Source: a virus
Lineage: Duplodnaviria; Caudoviricetes
Strand: one strand, 5' to 3'
IMG/VR virus record: IMGVR_UViG_2862481585_000002
Coordinates: 25,894 to 89,893 of that record
DNA length: 64,000 nt
Below, piece by piece: positions 1 to 9,414 of this stretch (position 1 is its first letter; each line of letters starts with the position of its first letter). A program made the position numbers and the translations under genes. Below the pieces are notes generated by a model. The model did not search any database. It was not told the origin of the DNA and saw nothing but the letters and a program-made list of their open reading frames with translations.

Positions 1-774
1 GCGTCCCAGCTCGTCGAAGGCGTCCGCATGGAGACGCACGCCCTCACCGCGTCCCAGTTCAGCATCACGGTCAGCGAGCACGGCTACGCCATCGCGGTGT
101 CGGAGCTACTGCTCAACTCCTCGTTCGACGACGTCCTCGCCTCGGGATCCCGACTCCTGGGCCGAAACATGGCGAAGTACCTCGACGAACAGGCGCGCGA
201 CACCCTGCTTCAGGCCAGCTCGGTCCTGTACGGCTACGACAAGTTCGCTACGACTGGCAACGCACCGACCCGCATCTCGCCGTACGACAAGGGTGCGCCG
301 TCCGCGAACCGTGCCGGCCTGACCGGCAACTACCGGTTCACCAGCGCGCTTGTGAAGGACATGGTCGAAACCCTCGCGACCCGAAACATCCCGAGGCTCG
401 GCGATGTCTACGTGTGCTTCGTCCACCCGCACCAGTCCCGCTGGCTGCGTGAGGACCCGACCTGGATCGAGTCCAGCAAGTACGCGCAGCCGGGTGCCTT
501 CAGCCTGGGTGAGATCGGTCGGATCGACGACGTGATCTTCATCGAGACCACGCAGGTCAAGAAGATCGGCAACGGTAACGGCACGACCCCGGCGGACGTC
601 TACCAGAGCATCTGCATCGGTGACAACGCCTTCGGTCACGCCATCTCCCTGCCGGTCGAGCTGCGTGATGGCGGTGTCCAGGACTTCGGCCGTGAGCACC
701 TCCTGGCCTGGTACTCGATCTTCGGCCTGGGTCTGATCACCGACGCCTCTGTCGTCATCGCGGAGACCAACTGA
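1..774 (+). CDS. Major capsid protein, N4-gp56-like family (5' truncated by window)
   Basis: Frame open from base 1; motifs ITVSEHG, GEIGRIDDVIFIET, DFGREHLLAWY typical of this MCP family; lies upstream of neck/tail genes. Confidence 0.85.
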   Translation, partial: ASQLVEGVRMETHALTASQFSITVSEHGYAIAVSELLLNSSFDDVLASGSRLLGRNMAKYLDEQARDTLLQASSVLYGYDKFATTGNAPTRISPYDKGAPSANRAGLTGNYRFTSALVKDMVETLATRNIPRLGDVYVCFVHPHQSRWLREDPTWIESSKYAQPGAFSLGEIGRIDDVIFIETTQVKKIGNGNGTTPADVYQSICIGDNAFGHAISLPVELRDGGVQDFGREHLLAWYSIFGLGLITDASVVIAETN

Positions 775-782
775 GTCTTCGA

Positions 783-850
783 GACTGTGAAGCTCGGGCT
801 TCGCAGTCACCCCCCGCAGGCAGGTCTTCGCTCGGAGGCCTGCCTGCGGG
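783..850 (+). terminator. Two consecutive hairpins after capsid gene (terminator or mRNA stabiliser)
   Basis: GACTGTGAAGC..GCTTCGCAGTC (783-808) and CCCGCAGGCAGG..CCTGCCTGCGGG (813-850). Confidence 0.6.
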
Positions 851-884
851 TTCGCACCAAACTTCCCTTGAGTAGGAGAACCAC

Positions 885-1238
885 ATGGCGACTGCCCGCA
901 AGCCCGCCGGAGACCTCACCGGCCGCACCGCCGAGAAGCTCGCCCGCGAGCGCGACACCGAGGCCAAGGAGCGCGCGAAGTCGATGGCGACGGCGACGGT
1001 CGTCGCGGAGTCCGAGAAGGCGGACACCGTCGTCGACCTGGTCGATGGCCCCCAGCCCGAGGTCGAGGAGCAGCCGGTCGTCGTCGAGGAGTCGGACCGT
1101 GTCATCCGCGTCAACGCTGACCTGAACGACGTCGTGATCGGCCAGGGCAACTACTTCACCTTCGAGACCGGTGTGCAGTACCGGGTGCCGGCGTTCGTCG
1201 CCAACCACCTGGAGGAGAAGGGCCTGCTCTGGCACTGA
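885..1238 (+). CDS. Hypothetical virion-module protein
   Basis: AGGAG RBS; GC3-rich codons. Confidence 0.8.
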   Translation: MATARKPAGDLTGRTAEKLARERDTEAKERAKSMATATVVAESEKADTVVDLVDGPQPEVEEQPVVVEESDRVIRVNADLNDVVIGQGNYFTFETGVQYRVPAFVANHLEEKGLLWH

Positions 1239-1254
1239 GCCAGCACGCGACCGC

Positions 1255-1290
1255 GGGGGAGAGGGATCCACTCCCTCTCCCCCCTTTCTC
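1255..1290 (+). terminator. Intrinsic terminator
   Basis: GGGGGAGAGGGA..TCCCTCTCCCCC stem followed by TTTCTC. Confidence 0.65.
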
Positions 1291-1306
1291 TTCTCAGGAG
1301 ACATCT

Positions 1307-1639
1307 GTGAGTGACATCCAGTTCGGACAGCGATACGTCCTGATGGCTGAAGGCGGATACGGCGCTGGGGTCGGCTCCCTACCGCAGGGCGCCGTGGTGA
1401 CACCGGTCGAAGAGGTCGAGCCCGGCACAGCCGGCGTCGGCTACTCGACCGAGAACGTGGTGATCAGTACCTATGCGGATGCGTTGACCTTCCCCGGCAC
1501 GACCATCGAGCGCACCCTGGCCATCGCTCTGTCCGCCTTCGACGAGTCCTTCACGCTCGAATCCGACCTTCCGCCAGCACCGCCTCCGGAGAACCCGGAC
1601 CCCGAGATGGCCGACCCCACCCCGCCGGGTGGTGAGTGA
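1307..1639 (+). CDS. Hypothetical protein, Pro-rich C-terminus
   Basis: AGGAG RBS, GTG start, stop overlaps next ATG. Confidence 0.75.
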   Translation: MSDIQFGQRYVLMAEGGYGAGVGSLPQGAVVTPVEEVEPGTAGVGYSTENVVISTYADALTFPGTTIERTLAIALSAFDESFTLESDLPPAPPPENPDPEMADPTPPGGE

Positions 1640-2259
1640 TGCCCGGATACCTCACCCGGTACGCCAGTAAGGCCCTTCTGACGCTGATGACCGGCGGTGG
1701 CGAGAACGCTGCTTCGGGGACCGATCCGGTGGCTGACCGTCTGCTGAAGGCGCACCTGATCAGGCACATGGCCGAGCCGACCATCGGTGTCTGGGCACCC
1801 AAGGCATACCTGCTTTCGCTCCTGGACCAGGTCGACTCCCAAGGATCCGCGGCCGTGCGCGCCGAGATACAGGCCCGTCCAGCAGACCCGAGCGGCTCGC
1901 TGTATCTGGCGCTGTGCACTTCCAATCCCGGCAACATGGCTACGGGTTTGTCCAGCGAGTTGACCGCAGTTGGCTACCAGCGTCAGGCCGTTCAAATGTC
2001 GGCTCCGAAGAACGGGGCGGCCTTCGTCGTGGAGTCAGCAACACCTGCCCAGGCGTCCCTGTCCAGCAGCGTGGTCTTCGGTCCCTTCACCGACGCCACT
2101 GGATCCGGTGGTGCCGTGACGCACATGGCGCTGGTCACCGCAGCGACCGGCACAGACATTGCGGTCCTCGCGGTGTGGCCCCTGGACTCTCCGGTCACCG
2201 CAGCTCAGGGCGAGTCCTTGCTGGCGTCGGCCGGCACACTCACGATCAAGGTGGACTGA
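1639..2259 (+). CDS. Virion structural protein, paralogue 1 (small fibre/decoration-like family)
   Basis: TGATG coupling; LYLAL..GYQRQ..VVFGPFT..THMAL..VW.LD.PV.A motifs shared with next gene. Confidence 0.7.
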   Translation: MPGYLTRYASKALLTLMTGGGENAASGTDPVADRLLKAHLIRHMAEPTIGVWAPKAYLLSLLDQVDSQGSAAVRAEIQARPADPSGSLYLALCTSNPGNMATGLSSELTAVGYQRQAVQMSAPKNGAAFVVESATPAQASLSSSVVFGPFTDATGSGGAVTHMALVTAATGTDIAVLAVWPLDSPVTAAQGESLLASAGTLTIKVD

Positions 2260-2879
2260 TGGCGGGATATCTGACCCAGGTCGCGGAGCGTGCTGCGCTC
2301 CAGCTCGTGACGTCCACTGCCACCACGGCGCAGGTACCGTCCCCCACCGTGTTGCGGTCGTACCTCGTCAAGCTGTACCAGCAACAGGGGCTGTCGGGGG
2401 TCGCCTTCTACTTGCCTGTGGCCTTCCTAAACGAGTTTTCGGCGCAGACCAAGGCCGACACTAGCGGCGCCTGGCTGAACGGGCTCACCACCGGCCGCAC
2501 AGACGGTACGGGCACGCTGTACCTGGCTCTGCTGACCAGTGATCCGGGCCGGCGGACGGCGATGACCGACATGGCGGCCGTCGAGATCACCGCCACCGGG
2601 TACAGCCGGCAGCCGCTGCCTTTCTCCGTGGCCACGTCACCACTTGGCGGCGGGTCGAGCGTCAGCAATTCGGCCCCCGTGTTCTTTGGACCGTTCACGG
2701 CCAGTGGGGGAATGGGAGCCGTCGCCACACACGCAGCGCTGGTCAGCGCGGCCACGGGCACGGGCGGTGGGGTGATGGCGGTCTGGCAACTCGACACACC
2801 TGTTTCCGCCTCGCAGAACGAGAACCTCATGCTGAGCACGGCTGGCTTGGCAGTTGGGTTGGACTCATGGCAGAACTGA
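2259..2879 (+). CDS. Virion structural protein, paralogue 2
   Basis: TGATG coupling at 2257-2261 (MAGYLTQ..); same motif series as upstream gene. Confidence 0.7.
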   Translation: MAGYLTQVAERAALQLVTSTATTAQVPSPTVLRSYLVKLYQQQGLSGVAFYLPVAFLNEFSAQTKADTSGAWLNGLTTGRTDGTGTLYLALLTSDPGRRTAMTDMAAVEITATGYSRQPLPFSVATSPLGGGSSVSNSAPVFFGPFTASGGMGAVATHAALVSAATGTGGGVMAVWQLDTPVSASQNENLMLSTAGLAVGLDSWQN

Positions 2880-3685
2880 CTAGGCTCCTCTCTCGAATAC
2901 GCGGAGAGCTAGGCGACTTCGGCACCAGTTTCCGCGACGTGCTCTCTGGGACAGGAGAGCTGACGGATTACGACCTGAGCGCGGTCAACGTCACCCTGAC
3001 CCGCGTCAGCGTGCTGAACGGCGGGACGCTGACCGACCTGGTAGTCGGCACCGACTACCGTGTGGACGGGCGCGAGGGTCGCGTCACGCTCCTCGGCAGC
3101 CGCGCTCCACTCCCACTCGGCCAGGTCCTCATCGTTGAGGGCGCGGCTGCCGGCATGTTCACCGACGAGGAACTCACCCAGCACCTGCGCGACGCCGAGC
3201 TCCAGCACTGCCACAACAGGCACGTCACGGTCAGGTACCGCAGCAAGAACGGGTTCATCCGCTACGCCGATGAGCCGCTCACGCTGGAGAACCTGCCGGA
3301 TGTCGAGGAGCTGCCGGTCGTACTGCTCACCGTCATCAACGCCCTCTGGGCGGTGGCGACGGACGCTTCGTCGGACGTGAACATATCCACGGGCGAGGGC
3401 ACCCACGTCGACCGCGGACAGCGATACACGCAGGTCCTTCACCAGATCTCGGTCCTCACCGATCGGTACGAGGAACTCTGCCGACAGTTGAACATCGGCC
3501 TGTTCCGCATCGAAATGGCGACGCTGCGCCGTGTGTCTCGCACCACCGGCCGCTACGTGCCGATCTACGTCGACCGCGAGTTCGACGACCACGCCTACCC
3601 CGAGCGCGTCCTGCCGCAGATCGACAAGCACGACGTCGACCCGTCTGGCATCCCCAACCCGACCTATCCGGGGTGGGCTGCATGA
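2867..3685 (+). CDS. Probable head-tail adaptor/neck protein
   Basis: Position between head and tail genes; LSRIRGELGD and FTDEELTQHL motifs resemble adaptor proteins. Confidence 0.55.
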   Translation: MAELTRLLSRIRGELGDFGTSFRDVLSGTGELTDYDLSAVNVTLTRVSVLNGGTLTDLVVGTDYRVDGREGRVTLLGSRAPLPLGQVLIVEGAAAGMFTDEELTQHLRDAELQHCHNRHVTVRYRSKNGFIRYADEPLTLENLPDVEELPVVLLTVINALWAVATDASSDVNISTGEGTHVDRGQRYTQVLHQISVLTDRYEELCRQLNIGLFRIEMATLRRVSRTTGRYVPIYVDREFDDHAYPERVLPQIDKHDVDPSGIPNPTYPGWAA

Positions 3686-4212
3686 GCCGAGCCGACTGGA
3701 AACGGGGACGGTTCAGCGCAACCGAGGAGACCGAGCGCATCGACCGCGGCCTACGGGCCTGGCAGCGCCACATGGGAGACGTCATCTCCTGGTGGCGCTT
3801 CTCCCACTTGCGCTCGGTCTCCCACGATATCTACGACGAGGGAGACGCAGGCGGCCTGGCCTACGACGGGCCATGGCCGGTGCCTGTCCTGCACGCCACG
3901 CACGTGGAAAAGGGCGACCAGGAGAGCGACCGCGGTTTCTACACCGTCGACACCCTGGACGTCACCGCCAGCTTCGACCAGGTCCAGAAGACCGGCATCA
4001 CCCAGGCCGACATCCATCACGACCGCTACCTCCGGGACCGCATCGCCTACGACGGCAGGCTCTTCCGGATCACCCAGATGAGCATCCTCGGCCAGATCCG
4101 TCGCGCAGACGTACTCGTCTCGATCACGGCCGTCGAGGTCAAGCCCGACGAGATCACCGCGGACAGCGTCTTCGCGCAGTACATCCCCGCGCAGGGAGCC
4201 GGCGAACGCTGA
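3682..4212 (+). CDS. Probable head-closure protein
   Basis: ATGA overlap with previous stop; DRIAYDGRLFRI beta-rich motif typical of head-closure proteins; synteny. Confidence 0.5.
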   Translation: MSRADWKRGRFSATEETERIDRGLRAWQRHMGDVISWWRFSHLRSVSHDIYDEGDAGGLAYDGPWPVPVLHATHVEKGDQESDRGFYTVDTLDVTASFDQVQKTGITQADIHHDRYLRDRIAYDGRLFRITQMSILGQIRRADVLVSITAVEVKPDEITADSVFAQYIPAQGAGER

Positions 4213-4233
4213 CCGGGCACAGCAAGGAGCACG

Positions 4234-5442
4234 ATGGCCCCCTACTCCTACCCGGACGCCTTCGTCCAGGAGCAACTGACCACCTTCGAGGACACCGCGT
4301 CCCTGTCCGCCGCAGACCTGCTCACGGTGGCCCTGGCCGACGCCCGATATCAGCGGCTCGGCCAGCCGGTGAACCTGTCCATACCGCTCAGCAGCGGGCC
4401 CGCGCTCACCGTGCAGCAGGACACCGACTCCCAGCCGCGCATCGCCGTAAGCCCCGACGGGGAACTCACCTTCGGCGACGGCACCTCCGATCCGGACGTC
4501 GTACTGCGCCGCGTCGGACCGAGCACGCTCGCTGTCGTCGAGGGAACGCTTTCCCAAGGCGGCCAAGCCGTCCTCGACGCCTCAAAGGTCGGGGCCGCCA
4601 ACGGCGTAGCCGCACTCGATGCCAACGGCCAGGTGCCCAGCGCCCAGCTCCCCCCGACGAACGTCGGCCTCAGCCAGGCACAGGCGGACGCCCGATACAT
4701 CCTCAAGACCTCGGCCGGCGCCGCGTCCGGTGTCGCCACACTCGACGCGTCCAGCAAGATCCCCACCGCTCAAGTTCCTGACCTCTCCGGGACCTACGTC
4801 GCGACCAGCACCCGCGGTGCGGCATCCGGCGTCGCCACGCTGGACTCCGCCTCCAAGGTGCCCGTCTCTCAGATCCCGGACCTCGCCAACACCTACGTCA
4901 CCGCCAGTACCAACCTCGACAACCAGTACGGCCCCGGTGACCACGGCATGTTCACATGGTCATGCGGTCTTGAGCACCTCCGAAGCAGCGGCCAGCCGGA
5001 GTCCGGCGGCGTCCGCATGATCAAGGTCCGGCTCAAGCGGCCGGTCACCATCGGCTGGATCTGGATGCACCTGACATCCGGCGGCACCTCGCTCACGGCC
5101 AACCAGTGCTTCGCCGGCCTCTACACGACTGCCGGTGCCCGCGTTGCTGTCACGGCGGACCAGTCCACGGCCTGGTCCACGATCGGCGAAAAGAAGATGT
5201 CGCTGACAACCCCGTACAACGCCGCGGCCGGCGACTACTTCATCGCGTTCGTGGCGAACGGGACGACCATCCCCCAGTTCACGGCCGCCAGCAACAACTC
5301 ATCCTCGGGCCTCAACATGGGCGTTACAGGGGCTTCGCTCCGATTCGCCAACGGCCCGACTGGGCAAACCTCGCTCCCTGCGTCCATCAATATGGGAACC
5401 ATTTCCCCCGGATCCGCCTCCTATTTCGTGGCGCTGTCATAA
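4234..5442 (+). CDS. Fibre/neck-appendage-like protein with three GAAxGVAxLD..K/QxPxxQxP repeats
   Basis: AAGGAG RBS; three internal repeats of a type common in actinophage fibre shafts; beta-rich C-terminal domain. Confidence 0.65.
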   Translation: MAPYSYPDAFVQEQLTTFEDTASLSAADLLTVALADARYQRLGQPVNLSIPLSSGPALTVQQDTDSQPRIAVSPDGELTFGDGTSDPDVVLRRVGPSTLAVVEGTLSQGGQAVLDASKVGAANGVAALDANGQVPSAQLPPTNVGLSQAQADARYILKTSAGAASGVATLDASSKIPTAQVPDLSGTYVATSTRGAASGVATLDSASKVPVSQIPDLANTYVTASTNLDNQYGPGDHGMFTWSCGLEHLRSSGQPESGGVRMIKVRLKRPVTIGWIWMHLTSGGTSLTANQCFAGLYTTAGARVAVTADQSTAWSTIGEKKMSLTTPYNAAAGDYFIAFVANGTTIPQFTAASNNSSSGLNMGVTGASLRFANGPTGQTSLPASINMGTISPGSASYFVALS

Positions 5443-5524
5443 GGAACTGGGTTGTAACAGTTTTCTTTGATTACTGGCATTCTGATCGCGGAGGCTCGAT
5501 GTCGTAGACACCGGAAGGCGCGCA

Positions 5525-6109
5525 ATGCCCTGGATAGAGAATGAGGACGCCGCAATCAAGGCGAAGCTCCAGGGCATTTTCGTCAACGACACGAACACCC
5601 CTGCCGGCGGCCTTCCAGTCGACGTCCGATTTCGGCTCCCTGAGAACGAGTTGGCCACCGCCACCTTCCCGCTCATACTCATCGAGCGCACGCGCGCCGA
5701 GCCCGACCACCAGGCGGAACACCGGGGGACGGTCGTACTCGGATACACCCCCGAAGGTCAGGACAGCGCCTCCACGTACCTGGCGACCGACCCCATCCCG
5801 TACCTGATCGAGTACCAGGTCACCGTCTACGCAAGGAAGCAGCGGCACGCGGCGAACATCGCACACGCGCTGTCCGGGAGGGACTACCTCCATCCCCGGT
5901 GGGCCTATCTGGAAGTGCCCGAAGACGGAACTGTCCGGCGTCTCGAAGTCGCCGGGGGACCAGAGTTTCACGATGGCCGTGACGCACAGGGAAAGCGCCT
6001 CTGGCAGGTCGATTACCTGATCCAGGTCAGCGCTGAGCTGCTCGACGAAATCGCAGCAATCAAGCCCGTCCAGACGGTCGAACTCAACACTCATCCCCTC
6101 GGCCACTAG
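5525..6109 (+). CDS. Probable tail terminator/sheath stabiliser
   Basis: Directly upstream of sheath; FPLILI..PYLIEYQVTVYAR pattern typical of tail-completion proteins. Confidence 0.55.
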   Translation: MPWIENEDAAIKAKLQGIFVNDTNTPAGGLPVDVRFRLPENELATATFPLILIERTRAEPDHQAEHRGTVVLGYTPEGQDSASTYLATDPIPYLIEYQVTVYARKQRHAANIAHALSGRDYLHPRWAYLEVPEDGTVRRLEVAGGPEFHDGRDAQGKRLWQVDYLIQVSAELLDEIAAIKPVQTVELNTHPLGH

Positions 6110-6130
6110 GCCCCGAAGGAGCTTTTCACC

Positions 6131-7681
6131 ATGGCGACTTTCCTGCGCCCCGGCATCTACGTGGACGAGACGCTGGATGCGATCTCCAACCCTGTGGTCC
6201 AAACCCCAGGCGAGGCAATCGCTGCCTTCGTCGGAAGCCACAATTTCGGACCGGCGGTCCCCACCCTGGTCACGTCCTGGAGCCAGTTCGAGCAGGTGTA
6301 CGGCGGCTGGGGCAACGGCACCGACCTGCTGCCCTACGCCGTCTACTCCTTTTTCAACAACGGCGGCGGAAAGGCGTACGTCGCACGAGCCGTTCCCTCG
6401 GACTCGGTGGCCGCCACGGTCACGCTCAACGACCGGCAGGCGACGCCCGAACCTGTTCTGAAGTTCACCGCGAAGGCGGCCGGAGCGTTCGGCAACCGGA
6501 TCTACATCGACATCACCAACTCCAACACGGGTGCCGGCCGGTTCAACTGCGCGATCAAGGTCGGCGGTACGACCGACGCGTACATCTCCGACCGCTACAA
6601 CGACGTCTCACTGGACCCGGCGGACGCCCGCAACCTGGTCGCGATGGTCAACTCCCCGGTCAACGGCTCCGCTTTCGTTACTTCCGAGTACCTCGCCACC
6701 GACGCCTACAGTGCGAGCATCACTCCTGCGCTCCAGAGCGCAACCCCGATGACCGGCGGCATCGACGGTGTCGCCGCGCCAGACCTCGTCGCCGCGACCA
6801 GGCAGCTCGAAGCGACCGGCGAGATCGTCAACGTCAACTTGCCCGGCGTGTCCGACACCACGATCCTCAACTCGGTCATCACCTGGGCCGAGGAGTACGG
6901 CTACGCCTTCGTCGTCGTGGACGCCCCGAAGACCGCCTCCCTCGACCCGGCAGCCGCGGTCACCGAGTACGCCAAGCTCTCCCCGGCCGCCAACAGCGGC
7001 TCGACGCCTGCCCCCCTGCGCTCCAGCTCCTACGCCGCCGTCTACGGTCCCTGGCTTCTCGCTGCCGACCCCTCCTCGGTCGCGCCGGGCGCCACGCGCC
7101 TGCTGCCGCCGGGCGGCGCAGTCCTGGGCAAGTACAGCGAGACCGACGTTCTCTACGGCCAGCAGCAGTCTGCCGCCGGCACGCTGAGCCGTCTCGTCGG
7201 GGTGTACTCCACCGAGCTTCGCTTCTCCAACAGCCAGCTCGACAGCCTCAACGCCTGGGGCATCAACGTGATCCGCCAGGTCCCGCAAGCCGGTATCTGC
7301 ATCATGGGTGCGCGCACGCTGAAGAGCGGCTACCCGGACCGGTACATCGCCGTCCGCCGGCTGCTCACGTACACCCGCAAGATCCTGGTCGACCTGACCC
7401 GGTCGGCTGTCTTCGCGCCCAATACGCCGGAGCTGTGGCACTCCATCGCGGCAAACGTCACTCAGCAGCTCACTGCCATGGCGCAGGCCGGCATGTTCGC
7501 CTCCGCCAGCCCCGACCAGGCGTTCGTCGTCGTCTGCGACGACACCAACAACACAACGACGACTGTGGACAACGGTGAGGTGCACATCGATGTCGGCGTC
7601 GCCGTGGCACGGCCGGCCGAGTACATCGCCATCCACATCAGTCAGTTCGACGGCGGCGCCACGGTCACCGAATCCGCGTGA
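6131..7681 (+). CDS. Contractile tail sheath protein
   Basis: FLRPGIYVDE N-terminus, FFNNGG, AAVYGPW, GINVIR, GARTL, RYIAVRR, VGVAVARPAEYI motifs. Confidence 0.95.
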   Translation: MATFLRPGIYVDETLDAISNPVVQTPGEAIAAFVGSHNFGPAVPTLVTSWSQFEQVYGGWGNGTDLLPYAVYSFFNNGGGKAYVARAVPSDSVAATVTLNDRQATPEPVLKFTAKAAGAFGNRIYIDITNSNTGAGRFNCAIKVGGTTDAYISDRYNDVSLDPADARNLVAMVNSPVNGSAFVTSEYLATDAYSASITPALQSATPMTGGIDGVAAPDLVAATRQLEATGEIVNVNLPGVSDTTILNSVITWAEEYGYAFVVVDAPKTASLDPAAAVTEYAKLSPAANSGSTPAPLRSSSYAAVYGPWLLAADPSSVAPGATRLLPPGGAVLGKYSETDVLYGQQQSAAGTLSRLVGVYSTELRFSNSQLDSLNAWGINVIRQVPQAGICIMGARTLKSGYPDRYIAVRRLLTYTRKILVDLTRSAVFAPNTPELWHSIAANVTQQLTAMAQAGMFASASPDQAFVVVCDDTNNTTTTVDNGEVHIDVGVAVARPAEYIAIHISQFDGGATVTESA

Positions 7682-7687
7682 GTAAAC

Positions 7688-7719
7688 GGGGCCGGATCGG
7701 CTGCACCGAGACCGGCCCC
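7688..7719 (+). terminator. Hairpin between sheath and tube genes
   Basis: GGGGCCGG..CCGGCCCC imperfect stem. Confidence 0.5.
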
Positions 7720-7797
7720 ATCGGAAGCATTCTGAACCACCACTCGGCACCCAATTGGGAGAAACACCCGGTGCACTTCGTGCTACGGGAGTAGTGA

Positions 7798-8379
7798 ATG
7801 GCAACCCTCAAGACGGTGACCCAGAGCCAGAGCCTGGCCAGCCGGCAGACCGACCCTTTGCGGTCCTTCAAGTTTCACGTTCAGATCAGTCAGGTCGGAA
7901 AGCTCGCATCGGCCTATCCAAAGCTCGGCTTCATGACCGTTTCCGGGCTCTCCGTGACCACTGACGTCATCGCTTACCGGGCCGGTGGGATGAACACCAC
8001 CACCCAGAAGATGCCTGGGCAGAGTGACTTCAGTCCCGTCACCCTCTCCAAGGGGATGATGCCCGGCGACCAGAACCTCGTGAACTGGATGTATCAGCTA
8101 TTCGACGTCATGCAGGGCAACGGTTCCGGTAGTGACACGGGCACCGAGTTCCGGGCCACGATCGACATCATGCTGATCGACCACCCGGTCACCAAGAACA
8201 AGGCTGCCGTGAAGGCGGTATGGCGGCTTTACAACGCCTGGCCCACGTCGGTCGCATTCGGCGATCTTGACGCCGGCAGTAACACATTCGCCGTTTCCCA
8301 GCTCACATTTGCGCACGAGGGCTGGGACTTCAAGGTGGCCGACAAGTACGGCCCGAGCAGCTACGCGCAGATCAAGTAA
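7798..8379 (+). CDS. Tail tube protein (T4 gp19/Afp1-like)
   Basis: DPLRSFKF, GF.TVSGL, YRAGG..KMPG, VTLSKG, W.LYNAWP motifs. Confidence 0.93.
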   Translation: MATLKTVTQSQSLASRQTDPLRSFKFHVQISQVGKLASAYPKLGFMTVSGLSVTTDVIAYRAGGMNTTTQKMPGQSDFSPVTLSKGMMPGDQNLVNWMYQLFDVMQGNGSGSDTGTEFRATIDIMLIDHPVTKNKAAVKAVWRLYNAWPTSVAFGDLDAGSNTFAVSQLTFAHEGWDFKVADKYGPSSYAQIK

Positions 8380-8402
8380 GAACCGACACGAGGACACAAC
8401 TC

Positions 8403-9257
8403 ATGACCGATATGCATTACGACTGGACTTTCGACTCTCCCGACGGTGGCCGGCAGGTCGACGTCCTGGCCGACACCCAGGGTGCGACCGCCGCCATTCA
8501 TTCGCTCCTGTCCGACTCCACCGAGGATCCGCCGGCCATCCCTGAGCCGGCTGACTGCCTGGTGACTCTGCCCGTAGGACTCGTCCGCGACGACGTCATC
8601 CTCACCGAGGCCGAAGTCCGGGAGCTCACGGGGTCGGACGAGGAAGCCCTCGCTCGCGTACGGGCCAACCCGCTGCGCCTCCTGGAGACGCTTCTGGAGC
8701 TCGGCACCGTGCGCATCGGCGACGTGCCGGCCACCTCCGACGTCCTCCCTCAGCTCCTTCTGGGAGATCGAGATGCCCTGGTCATCGCCATCAGGCGGGT
8801 GACTTTCGGGGACGAGATGGAGTTCGACGAGATCAACTGCCCGAACTGCGGCGAGTACTTCTCGGCCACCATCTCCCTCGGTGCAATCCAGTCCCAGACC
8901 GCGCCCATCGGCCGGCTCACCGTGCCCCTCCGCAAGGGCGGCTGCGCAATCGTCCGGTACCCGACGGGGGCGGATCAGGCGGCCATGCTGGCTAACGCTA
9001 AGGCAACCAACGCCGAGCACAACAGCACGCTGCTGTCCCGCTGCCTGGTCGAGATACGCGATGCCGAAGGCAAGGTCACGCCAGGCGGAGCGGACGTGGT
9101 CGCGTCACTCGGCATGGGTGACATCCGCACCATCCTCAAGCAGCTCGCCGCCACCCAGCCGGGCCCCCGCCTGCTGGAGACGACGATCGAGCACGAGGAG
9201 TGCGGAGGTGAGGTGCCGCTCCCGCTCAGCGTGGCCGACATCTTTCGCGATTTCTGA
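8403..9257 (+). CDS. Tail assembly chaperone / baseplate hub-assembly protein (T4 gp26-like, CxxC)
   Basis: EVRELTGSDEE, GDRDALVIAIRRVTFG, CPNCG; between tube and tape measure. Confidence 0.75.
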   Translation: MTDMHYDWTFDSPDGGRQVDVLADTQGATAAIHSLLSDSTEDPPAIPEPADCLVTLPVGLVRDDVILTEAEVRELTGSDEEALARVRANPLRLLETLLELGTVRIGDVPATSDVLPQLLLGDRDALVIAIRRVTFGDEMEFDEINCPNCGEYFSATISLGAIQSQTAPIGRLTVPLRKGGCAIVRYPTGADQAAMLANAKATNAEHNSTLLSRCLVEIRDAEGKVTPGGADVVASLGMGDIRTILKQLAATQPGPRLLETTIEHEECGGEVPLPLSVADIFRDF

Positions 9258-9414
9258 TGCCCGAGCAGCGCGGGCCGATTTCACGACGCTCGCCTACGCC
9301 CACCCGGAGTGGCAGCTCAGCGAGATCAGACAACTGACGGTTCAGGAACGCTGGTACTGGCGCGACCTGGCCGTATGGGTCAAGAACAGAAGGGAGGCGG
9401 CTTCCAGTGGCTGA
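9244..9414 (+). CDS. Second chaperone segment with no start codon of its own (probable +1 frameshift extension)
   Basis: Frame reads FAISDARAARADFTTLAYAHPEWQLSEIRQLTVQERWYW, like the W-x-L-x-E-I..ER..W small ORFs preceding tape measures; no in-frame start after the upstream stop. Confidence 0.55.
   Translation, partial: FAISDARAARADFTTLAYAHPEWQLSEIRQLTVQERWYWRDLAVWVKNRREAASSG

Noticed and set aside
783-850. tRNA in intergenic hairpin regions
   Set aside because: No cloverleaf or TTCGA T-loop with acceptor stem; simple hairpins only
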